A DNA stretch of 63,892 bases, counting the filler, from Octopus bimaculoides (Eukaryota), in NCBI RefSeq assembly GCF_001194135.2. It is 4 parts of 4 records of this genome, joined end to end, with 100 filler letters (N's around TTAATTAATTAA, not from the genome) between each part and the next. Parts side by side here need not be neighbours in the genome. Positions count along the whole stretch, not along the records: positions 41,360 to 63,892 come from NC_068995.1; 3 more parts are not named here. One strand, written 5' to 3'. The stretch's first letter is position 1, and the number at the start of each line of letters is the position of its first letter. Positions 52,902 through 63,892 of this stretch are shown piece by piece. The notes under the pieces were generated by a model, which was not told the origin of the DNA, made no database searches, and saw only the letters and a program-made list of their open reading frames with translations. A program made the position numbers and the translations under genes.

Positions 52902-55032
52902 TCAAATAAATTTTTATCATTTTTTTTCGCTTGCTCCATAATTAAGTGAAAGAAAAAAAGGTCCAGCATTTAAAAAAATTACATATAAAAATAAAAGAAT
53001 GCACGGTTTTGTATATGATGATGATGATTGTGATGGTTAAGAAGGGAAGAAAGATAATGAATGTTGTGAAGGCAGAATACATAGATAAAGCATTGTGGAG
53101 ATGATGACGATGATGATGATGGTGGTAGTGGTGATGGTGGTGATTGTGGTGATATGTGTGTGGTTGTAACCATTAGTAAAATGATGACAACAGTAGTAAT
53201 GATGACAGTTAGGTGTGTGTGTGTGTGTGGAGTCATTTAAACTCGCAAATGATAAAAGCTGCTGTCATTTTTGAGCTACTCAGAGTTTTGAGTAAACAAA
53301 AAAAATGTGCCCCAAATCCTCTCCACCCCTTCACACACACTCCTACACATCCACACTTCCTGGAATGCTTTTAGCCAATAATTTAACACTCCTAATGAAT
53401 AACAACACTCACCACTTTCCTTCTACAATCCTCCACCCCCACCCCCCACACACACATACACACCTCAGAAAGCACTCAATAGAATGGCAGAGGAGGAGGA
53501 GGAGGAGGTGAGGTAACTGGTGGTAGTGGTGGTGAGCTGGAGGACAAGAGGACAGGATTGGAGTGGCACCAGTTTTTCTGCTCCCTTTCCTTTAAAGGAT
53601 CAGCTATTTATTAGATTACGTACCCTCCCCCATCCTGCCCGCCACGCCTGCCACCTTTCCTCATCTTTCTTTCTCTTCTTTGGTCTCTTTGATGTCTTGT
53701 TTGTTGCCTAGGTGAAAGGGGGTGTGGGGGGGAATGGAGGAGGAGTTGTAAAGAGGAGGGGGAATTTTGAAGAAGTATTTGAATTTGGTGATGTGGGAGT
53801 GTGGAGGCATTAGTTTTTATATATTTTCGATTCTCCCCCCACCCCCATCTCAGACCCCCACACTTTACTATCAGCTGTTCAAAATAAAAATAAAAAAAAG
53901 CGAAACAAGAAAAACTGAGTTTGGGTGTGGCTCAACTAGCAAAATAAAACCGATTATACTAATTATACTAAATATATTGTATTTTAAGTGGATTATCATT
54001 AAAACTTATATATGCAAATATATATATCCTTCAAATTAGCTTAGTCATCAGAAATTTTTTTATAATTTATTTAAAAATATTCGTTGAGGAAAAGACAAAT
54101 TTCACCCTTTCTTTTTATTTTATTATTTGCAATGATGGGAGGCGAATTTATATTTTTTGTTATTGAAATAAATTTGTTCCATTTTTCTTACTTCTTTGGA
54201 AGACATCTATTTTAATCAGTGATAATGTCATTTACCAATTAGTGCTGCCAAAATTAGTGGAATTTAAATTCTTTATTTGCTAACATGATATTCTGAGTTC
54301 AAATTCCAGCAAGGTTATCTATGGCTTTCATCTTTTTAGGGTTGATAAAATAAGTACCAGTGACACACTGGGGTCATTATAATCAGCCAAGATTCTCCCC
54401 CAAAATTTCAGACCTTGTCCCTATATTATTATTATTATTATTATTATCATGATCATGATCATCATCATCATCAACCAAAAGGCTTTTCAATCCCTAAAAT
54501 GATCACAGTAAGTGGCTTCTCCTATATTTTTAATATTCCCAAATATTTCTAATGCGAAACATATAAAGTTGTTTCCGTAATTTGGGGTTTCACTTGCAGG
54601 CTGCATGGCAACTTCAGTAGCTCTGGTGGCACCACGAAAAAGCGCCCAGCACTCTGTATAATGTAATGTGGTCAGCATTAGGAGGGATGACCATGTCAAA
54701 GCAGACAACTGGAGCACAATGCAGTCCTTGGGCCTGTCAGATCCTGTCAAACTGTCCAACCCATTCCAGCATGGAACACGGATTGTAAATGATGATGATG
54801 ATGATAATGGTGATCTCTACTAGAATTTGCAGAGTGAATTCTATTTAGGTTTGTTGATAGATGGGTTGTTGGTTGCCATGACAAGAAATAGTTCAGTAGA
54901 ATAAAGATCCTACAAAAAAGAAAAAGAAAAAAAGTAAAAAATACAAGAAAGAAGAAAAATAAGCGATGAATGTTAGAGTAGTTTTGAAGAAAATAAAACT
55001 TCATTCCCTTATTGAATAAATGATTTTCTTAC

Positions 55033-55149
55033 CTGGAGATTTACCCTGGCTCTCGTTACAGCATTTGGACATAATCACTTTTTTTTTTGTTTTGATTTTT
55101 TTCGGCTGATTTGAAATTGTGTTATATAAACTTGAAAATAGTTTTATCC
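55033..55149 (-). CDS. Candidate 117-nt exon containing MSKCCNESQGKSP
   Basis: Acceptor ttcccttctattacag| and donor cag|gtaaga. ATG at 55072, phase-1 end, and the frame is open across the whole exon. Confidence 0.4.
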
Positions 55150-56210
55150 CTGTAATAGAAGGGAATTGAATAAATGTAATAAAATAACTAAATTAGTGAA
55201 TTGGAAGGTAAAAAAGAAAAAAGGTAATTGAAATGATTCTCTTAGATATCAAGGCTGAAAGTAATAACGATGATAANNNNNNNNNNNNNNNNNNNNNNNN
55301 NNNNNNNNNNNNNNNNNNNNNNNNNNNNNNNNNNNNNNNNNNNNNNNNNNNNNNNNNNNNNNNNNNNNNNNNNNNNNNNNNNNNNNNNNNNNNNNNNNNN
55401 NNNNNNNNNNNNNNNNNNNNNNNNNNNNNNNNNNNNNNNNNNNNNNNNNNNNNNNNNNNNNNNNNNNNNNNNNNNNNNNNNNNNNNNNNNNNNNNNNNNN
55501 NNNNNNNNNNNNNNNNNNNNNNNNNNNNNNNNNNNNNNNNNNNNNNNNNNNNNNNNNNNNNNNNNNNNNNNNNNNNNNNNNNNNNNNNNNNNNNNNNNNN
55601 NNNNNNNNNNNNNNNNNNNNNNNNNNNNNNNNNNNNNNNNNNNNNNNNNNNNNNNNNNNNNNNNNNNNNNNNNNNNNNNNNNNNNNNNNNNNNNNNNNNN
55701 NNNNNNNNNNNNNNNNNNNNNNNNNNNNNNNNNNNNNNNNNNNNNNNNNNNNNNNNNNNNNNNNNNNNNNNNNNNNNNNNNNNNNNNNNNNNNNNNNNNN
55801 NNNNNNNNNNNNNNNNNNNNNNNNNNNNNNNNNNNNNNNNNNNNNNNNNNNNNNNNNNNNNNNNNNNNNNNNNNNNNNNNNNNNNNNNNNNNNNNNNNNN
55901 NNNNNNNNNNNNNNNNNNNNNNNNNNNNNNNNNNNNNNNNNNNNNNNNNNNNNNNNNNNNNNNNNNNNNNNNNNNNNNNNNNNNNNNNNNNNNNNNNNNN
56001 NNNNNNNNNNNNNNNNNNNNNNNNNNNNNNNNNNNNNNNNNNNNNNNNNNNNNNNNNNNNNNNNNNNNNNNNNNNNNNNNNNNNNNNNNNNNNNNNNNNN
56101 NNNNNNNNNNNNNNNNNNNNNNNNNNNNNNNNNNNNNNNNNNNNNNNNNNNNNNNNNNNNNNNNNNNNNNNNNNNNNNNNNNNNNNNNNNNNNNNNNNNN
56201 NNNNNNNNNN

Positions 56211-56350
56211 TTTCACGCAGCTATCCTCCTCCATTCTCACCACATGTCCATACCAGCGCAATCGTCTCTCTTGCACGCCACAACTGATGCTTCTAATGTT
56301 CAGCTTTTCTCTCAAGATACTTACACTCTGACGGGTATTCACATTGACAT
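56211..56350 (-). mobile_element. RTE-clade LINE ORF2 fragment
   Basis: Encodes QSVSILREKLNIRSISCGVQERRLRWYGHVVRMEEDSCVK, containing the RRLRWxGHVxRM motif. It runs into an N gap. Confidence 0.85.
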
Positions 56351-56404
56351 TGTATGTATTTACACACACAGGTCCAAATATATATATAAAAAATAAAATG
56401 TATG

Positions 56405-56462
<58 letters not shown>

Positions 56463-56860
56463 TACATACATACACGTGTATGTATGTGTGTATTTATGTT
56501 AATATCTGGGCATCATTTCATTTGTTTTGCTCAGAAGCCATGAGAAACCACAGCCTGGTACATTTATGAATTAGGGCATTTATTATTATTATTATTACTA
56601 TTATTATTATTATTATGCAACATCTTGGATAGCAGAAAAAAATGGTTAATTAGCATATTTTATTCTTCCATCATGAAGCGTAAGAGATAATCTCATTTTC
56701 ATAATTTTTTAGTGAAGTTCTTTCTTTTTCATTAAACTCATAAATCAGCTTTTTTTTTCCCCTTTTAGTTGTCAATGTCTATACAATATGATTTTGTGTG
56801 TTTGTGTGTGTGTGTGTGTGTGTGTAGATATGTGTGTGTATGACTATGTTTATATGTCTA

Positions 56861-57038
56861 TATATGCATGAGTGATTATCTGTATATATGTCTATATATG
56901 TTTTTATGACTATCTGGATATATGTCTATATGTGTATGGATATATGCATGAGTGATTATCTGTATATATGTCTATATATGTTTTTATGACTATCTGGATA
57001 TATGTCTATATGTGTATGGATATATGCATGAGTGATTA
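56861..57038. repeat. 80-bp perfect tandem repeat (about 2.2 copies)
   Basis: tatatgcatgagtgattat occurs at 56861, 56941 and 57021. Confidence 0.95.
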
Positions 57039-57544
57039 TATGTGTGTGTGTGTGTGTGAGTATATGTAGATATATTAACTTTAGAGGGAGAGGATGATAG
57101 AAGGAATTAGTGTTAGTTACATTAATTATAGTTTTAAACTGCAATGTAGCGGTAAGGATAATGATAAACTTTAAATTTTTTTCTTTTATTTGTATTTTTC
57201 GGTCTGTTATGTAATTATGCATTATACCTGTTTGGCCTTGAGGCTTGAGGACTCTTTAACCAAGGTTAGAATTATTTCATTTGTTACAAAAAAAAATAGA
57301 AAGAGAAACGAAACTAATAATAATGGGTTCAAAGTTTGCACAAAGCCAGTAATTTTAGGGGACATAGGTTTGTTGGTTCCATCGACCCCAGTACCTGACT
57401 GGTACTTTATTTTATTGTTCTTTGAAAAGATGAAAGGTAAAGATAACCTTGGAGGAATTTGAAATCAGAATGCAAAGTGCCAGGAATGAGTAAAGTATTT
57501 GGTCCAAGCCCACAATGGGTCTATCAACTTGCTGCCTTACAGAC

Positions 57545-57773
57545 AAACCCTTGAGCATTCAGATGGCCCCCATCAAATGTAATGCTTATTTATCCACATC
57601 GTTTTGAGTTTATAACACATTATCTCCTAGCTTTGAGATTTCAATAATCTGCTTGTTTATTTTTTCAAAGGACATTGTAGGGTAGGTGCGAAAAGTAAGA
57701 TTTGACTGCTTTGAATGTAAAACAGGTAGAATATTTGAGCCAGATATGGCCAGTTTAAATGGTAAAGGATTAA
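57545..57773 (-). mobile_element. TTAA-flanked (piggyBac-like) MITE
   Basis: Collinear with 29035-29239; ends in aaaggattaa. Confidence 0.6.
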
Positions 57774-57867
57774 AATTAAAATAAAATGTATATTCTGTCA
57801 ATGCTAAGAAAGTCCATGTTTGCAGGACAGTCTATTTGTCAGTGATACTCTCTCTAATTAATTCTTA

Positions 57868-57898
<31 letters not shown>

Positions 57899-58432
57899 TT
57901 AATTTAGCATTTAACTGAAATTGTGCTGAGTATAGTCAATGATGAGGAAAAACTAGTTTCTTTTTGTCCAAATTGTTAATGGCAATTGTAGAAAAAACAA
58001 CACATTATAGACATTTTGGTTTGACAGAAAAGAAAGAATCCCTCTTTTATGCAGATTTTTTTTTATTGAAGCTGATTGACAGGTTGAACCCCAGCATGAT
58101 CAACCATAAAGGTACTCTCCTTGTAAAGTGTGTGTGTGTTCTTGCCTTGGCATCGCATGATGGATGTAAGCAAGTGCCACCCATTATAGAAGCAGTGTCT
58201 TTCATTTCCAATCTTTGTCACAGAAAATCTGCCACAGCAAAGTCTGTTTGACCCATGCAGGCATTGGAAAAGTGGTCGTTAAATGCATTAAATGATGATA
58301 TTCCCATACACACACAAGCAGGTGTGTGTTCGTCCTGTAACCTACTTTCTGATCTAAATTAATATTTTCATTTCCACCTCTCCTCTGTTGCTGTCTGTAA
58401 GGTGTTCCAACAACTAATGAACGCTGCCAGTC

Positions 58433-58464
<32 letters not shown>

Positions 58465-60074
58465 TCAAGTAAATAGTAGTTGCCACACCAGACAAGTTGT
58501 AAGATTAAATTGCTATGTTGCTTGACCTGTCCAGTGTCTGCTATTTAAGTTTTATTTTCTATTAGGTTATAAGGTTTCACTCGTTTAGTTTTAACTCTCT
58601 TCACTGGAAATGATGAAGAGGACTCGGTTATCTTTCCATGATTTTAAAATGATCATCTTGTCATCATAGTAGCAAGAGTTGTTGTTGTTGTTGTTGCTTC
58701 GTCCCTGGTCAGTTCTTATTGAGTGGGGTCAATGATGTGAGACATTCCAACTATGACTATCTTGTCTTTTTCCTGTGGCCAGAGAGCCCAACATCACATT
58801 AAGGCTCTAGGATGCAATTTGAGGGAGATTTTGCTGTTATTTCTAATAAGTCATGTAATCATGTAGAAACTTTTCCATTGACTAGTGGTGGTGGTAGTGG
58901 TGGTGGTGGTGATGGTTTCATTTTCAGTCATAAATAGCGAAAGTGGAGAAATACCACAGGGTTTTGACAGACTTGGGACATTCATGGTGTAGTGTCCATG
59001 ACTTTGTCTTCCATCCGTACAGGACTGGTCAGGGTGCTGAAAGAATTAAATAACACAAGTAGGAACACCACATGTAAAAGGGGTCAAATTAGTTCAGATC
59101 ATTAATTAGACTGATTGGTTACTGTTAATTCTGAGTGGAAATTAATTGAAGTGAAGGAACTGCTGCTGCTTGTTGAGGTCATCTTCATTTGTCTCTGATT
59201 TATTGTTATTTGATTGTTTCAGCCTAGTCAAAGATGCTCGTTGTAAATAAACGAATACACAAACGACATAATCAGTTTGTAAATGGCTGCTTATCATTTC
59301 AGGCTTCTCCAAATCTCTGGCTTTCCTTGTCTCTAATATTAAAAGTTTAAAATATATTGACTAACACTTCACTTTGTCTCCTTTTACTAATGAACCACAC
59401 TTCCCGTTTCCTGTTCAGGTGTACTTTCCCCCCACCCCTTGTTTCCTGATGATGAAACATGACTCTCCACCCATGCCCCTTACTGATGAGATATTGGAGA
59501 CAAGCTCATACCATGAATGCTTGAAAAATTTGAGTCACAAATCTGCATCTGTATTCAATTACAGTCATTGTAGTTTCCTTAAGCAAGGCACTTAACTCTC
59601 AGTTATTTCCTTCCAGTTCACCTGGCTGCATAATTAGAAGAGGTTTGACAAGAGGCAATGGATTTGTTTCATGACTTGATGGTATTGATACCATCCAACC
59701 CAAAACCACCTCTGCTTTTCAGATGGCAAAACCCCATTAGTTTTAGAATGTTCCAATTTAAATTAAAATCTTCTGTATTAAAATTTTAGGTTTCTACCTT
59801 ACATTTTAAACTCCAAATTGACAATGACATTGTTAGTGAGTTTTCTAAGTAAATTCAAATTTCTGACTATTTTCAAATTTGATTTAAACACACAGGTGCA
59901 GCTCACTTACACCTGGAAAGCTCACTTTCCAGCCACATAGTTTCAAGTTCAGTCCCACTGCTTGGCACCTTGGATGTATGTTTGACATGATTTATCCTTA
60001 AGTTGACCAATGTTTTATGAGTGAGTTGATCAATAAAAACTGTGCAGAAGCCCGTCATGCATGCATGTGTGTGT

Positions 60075-60433
60075 GTCTACTTTTTTAGCACCCCAGACCG
60101 GTTTCGTGCAGGACACTTTTTCCACAGACCAGGACATCATAATATGTATAAGAAAACAATAAAATGCACAAATATATTATCTGATTGTTACATATATGAT
60201 ACCTGTACATTACATACATAATGTGGATATAATATATATATATATATATATATAATATACATACATTTTACATATGTATTACATATGTATAACATATATA
60301 ATGCAAAAACATCCTGCGGACTGTACTAGTCAATAGAATAGAAATTAAATTTTAAAATTTATTCTTTTCATGTGGCTTGGGACCAAATGCTTCACGGCCT
60401 GGTACTTCTGTGCTTTTGTTGTCGGGGACCCCT
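60075..60433 (+). mobile_element. hAT/Charlie (MER1-like) MITE
   Basis: Contains gaccggtttcgtgcaggacactttttccacagacc near the left end and gtcggggacccct at the right end. Confidence 0.6.
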
Positions 60434-61925
60434 AATGTAAGGGTTTTTGGGAAACCAAATACTGGTGGAATCATTGTGGATGTTGTGAAATAACCAACTC
60501 AACTATAGTAGTTGTATTTGTCTGTTGTGAAATCAAGGGAACAAAGCTCATATGTGCTATACTGCAGCTAATTTCTGACATTGGCAGAAGGTTAAGAAAA
60601 GTCTTTGAGATGAGTGATTCTGTTAACTGCACTACATGCCTGAAGCCTGTCTTACCATTCCTTGGGGAGCAACTAGCAAAGTTGGTCCTGTCAGGATTTG
60701 AATCCAGAACATAGTATGACAAGCAAAATCTTCTAAGACATTTTAGTTTGACAATCCACCATTTTTGCTTCTCCAGTTGTAATTGTGATCAGCTGACATT
60801 CTACATTTCTCCAGCCATTTTACTATTTCTGGATCTATGTGTGTGTGTGTGTGTGCGTGTGTGTGTGTGTGTTAAAATGTTCTTATGCCCAGTATTATCA
60901 TGTCACTATTTTATCATTATTAGAGTTTCTAAAAGATCTTAAGTGAAATAATTTTTTGTGAAAAGTTAAAGAATCTGACATTTCAAAATTTAACCCATCT
61001 TTTGTGAGGCTGAATCTATAGAAGTTGTCACCATGGTCACTCTTCACATTCTTCTAAACATGAAATTAAATTTATTATGTTTTATACAAACATTTTTACA
61101 TTTTTATTCAGTAAAGGGATTATCCTTCTGTTGCAGTACACTATATAGTTTCACTGTGATCAGTTCTTCAGGTAGAATGGTTCTTATCCATTTTTATTCT
61201 TTGATTGGTGAGATAATGAAATAATCATAATATAAAAATGGATTAGAAATTCAAGGTCAAAGCTGTGATCACTGAATGACCTTCTCTACAAAGACCGAGT
61301 GTGACTCACATCAGAGTGCCACTCCTGTGTGAGACAGCCTTGCTTCTACTGCATGCATGAATATGCAAATGATAGTGATTTGGTTGATTGGCTTTTGTTT
61401 TTGTTTTTCTTTTGCAATCCGGTCATGTATATCACAGAGCTAACAACAGGATCATCCGAGATATTTGAGAAATATTCTAATAGAAGTCTCGGTTGATTTT
61501 TGTAGAGATTTATCTGTAAGTTCAAGAGGTTTGTTTTAACATTGGGCCTTGCCACTTGTCACAGTCCTTTGTCGTCATGTCTGCTTTGGGTGCCAGTTAA
61601 GCACCAGAGTTGATACTTTTGACTCCAGTACTTGACTGGTACTTAAATCAACCCCAAATGGATGAAAGGCAAAGTGGACCATGGCAGGATTCGAATTCAG
61701 AACATAAACGGCTGGAAGATCTATTCCAACACCCTGAGTGTTAATCCCTGTCCTTTCCATAATAATGATAATGACGATAATAATAATACATAATGATCTC
61801 ATAATTATACTTATTGACCACCAAATCTATGGGTAAGAGATGGAAAGCTAATCATCTGTAATTACAATATATTTACAGCAGCGATTGATTCCAAAGTGTT
61901 GTCATAATAGCAAACCAATCCTCAC

Positions 61926-62096
61926 AGGTATTGAGGTGAATAACGAGCATTTCTTTTGGGATAGGCACCAGATTGGTATTTAGAATAGAAGTACCAATGT
62001 GTACCACCAGTTTGTATTTCATTAAGATAAGTTCTCGGTTCCCTGTTTTGATTTGTGCACAAATTACTTCCTCTTTTTTCGCATATGTCTTGTCTG
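61926..62096 (-). CDS. Candidate 171-nt internal exon, unidentified gene
   Basis: Acceptor ccttattttcag| and donor |gtgagg. Length is divisible by 3, and two of three frames are open (DKTYAKKEEVICAQ... and RQDICEKRG...HWYFYSKYQSGAYPKR...). Confidence 0.4.
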
Positions 62097-62431
62097 CTGA
62101 AAATAAGGTAGAACAATTGTTTTACTGACGATCACACTTAAATGAGTCTGAAACATATGTCCACAGCTGTCCTCTTATCTTCATACAATTAGACTGTCTT
62201 TTCTTTAATAGAATGTTAATTTCAGAAAAATTCTTGATTCTTGAGATTATTTCCCCTTCTCATTTGGAATTTGTAACAACTCCTACTGAACGATTGGTCT
62301 CTCTCTTCTCTGGAAGTGAACATATTTTGAGTAAATGAAGGATTTATCTTGTAGGCTTTTTAATATACCCTTATTCATATTTGGTCTTCAAATGCGTGCC
62401 ATTGACCACTCTAGGTTATTACTCTTGGCTC

Positions 62432-62530
<99 letters not shown>

Positions 62531-62887
62531 GTTTTGCTTTGTCTCAAAGTATGTGCTGTAAAGAATTATTTTACTCACAAACAAACACACACACAAACAC
62601 ATACGCACACACAATGCTCTTTAAATATTTACCAAACATATATGGTTTGATGAACAATGTGTTTTTGTATTTTTACTTTTGTTTTCTTCTCTTATTTTTT
62701 AATATTTATTTTTCTTCTCCAATTTCTATCTTTACCGCAATTATGTATGTTTATATCGATACATTAACACACACACACACACACATTTATGCATACACAA
62801 ATATATGTTCGTATGTAATGTGTCCATCCATCCACACATACATATATGCATACACACATACATACCCACATATACATACACACATAC

Positions 62888-62921
<34 letters not shown>

Positions 62922-63742
62922 GCACACATACAAACACATCCATCCATGGATGTATGTGTGCATGCACACACATACGTACACACACACACACATACCTACA
63001 CACACAACAAATCTTGCTGCAATAATCTGTCATTGTTACTCTTATTCCCTGTTTGCCTTCTTTCTTTCTTTCTTTCTTTCTTCTCTTCCTTCTATCTTTG
63101 TCGTGTCTCTTATATTTTTTGCAGACAATCAGCAACATTGTTTTCTCAATAAAGCTGTGAACATTTTTCCTTTAGTTTTTACCTTTTCTTTTTCACTCCC
63201 TCCACCCCCACCCCATCCTTTTTATTTTTATTTTTATTCTTATTTTCATTTGTTTCCTTTTCCTGTTCTTGTTATCATTGTTGTTGCACTCCCTTGGCAT
63301 TTCTCTTTAGCACACACACACACACACACACACACATGTATGCATGCATCAACGTACACATGTGCCATGCACAAATACATTTACGTATGTACACGTTCGC
63401 TCGTGTACACGTGTACATATGAACAGTCGAACATGCACTTACATATACATACATGTGTGCATTCACACAAACACATATATACACACACACACAAAATTAG
63501 CTTTATTATATACTATCAGGTTAAACAAGCCTGCAAAGGATGGATAGAGCGAAGGAAGAATGAACGAACGAATGAATGAATGAACGAATGAACAAATGAA
63601 TGAATGAAATGGCTTGAAAGTGAAGGAATGAAAAAATCTTTTGTTTTTATTTCTTCATTCTCAAACACCACCACCCACCCCAACCTAATAATTCACTCAA
63701 ATTTCTTATTGCTGGGTTTATAATGTTTTTCTGTTCTCAATA

Positions 63743-63774
<32 letters not shown>

Positions 63775-63892
63775 TGCGTGCGTGCGTGCGCGCGTGTAAT
63801 TTGCAGGTTTGTGACATTCCACCAGAGATGCATTGCATTGATGCAGTTTCGAAGCTACAGTGTAATTGCAATTAATATGTAAATAAACTAGA

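Noticed and set aside
54872-54885. RFX X-box-like gttgccatgacaag
   Set aside because: Two mismatches to consensus and no independent promoter evidence.
59374-59595. 73-aa ORF
   Set aside because: Non-ATG start, no splice signals and no recognisable motif.
62335-63579. 414-aa ORF
   Set aside because: Built from (CT)n, (CA)n and (TA)n tracts giving LS/HT/YI runs; no domain-like content.

Overview
This is AT-rich, microsatellite-dense, gappy eukaryotic DNA. The SINE families and repeat make-up point to a cephalopod, most likely Octopus (inference). Three 100-bp scaffolding spacers (44N-TTAATTAATTAA-44N) split the window into four independently assembled pieces: 1-19751, 19852-34659, 34760-41259 and 41360-63892. 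Most of the sequence is tRNA-derived SINEs, MITEs (hAT, piggyBac-like, pogo-like, Helitron), decayed LINE fragments (R4/Dong, HERO, CRE, RTE), a Penelope fragment, mariner/Tc1 relics and simple repeats. Nearly all long ORFs in the supplied track are microsatellite or N-gap artefacts. The clearest host-gene signal is a tandemly duplicated pair of first coding exons (36571-36847 and 39533-39833). Each encodes a signal peptide and a 10-cysteine TSP1-like module with identical Cys spacing, a variable N-terminal half and a near-constant C-terminal half, and each ends in the same phase-1 GTGAGT donor. No downstream exon for them could be identified in the window. Several weaker candidate exons of unidentified genes lie elsewhere. 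No rRNA, bona fide tRNA or CRISPR array is supported.
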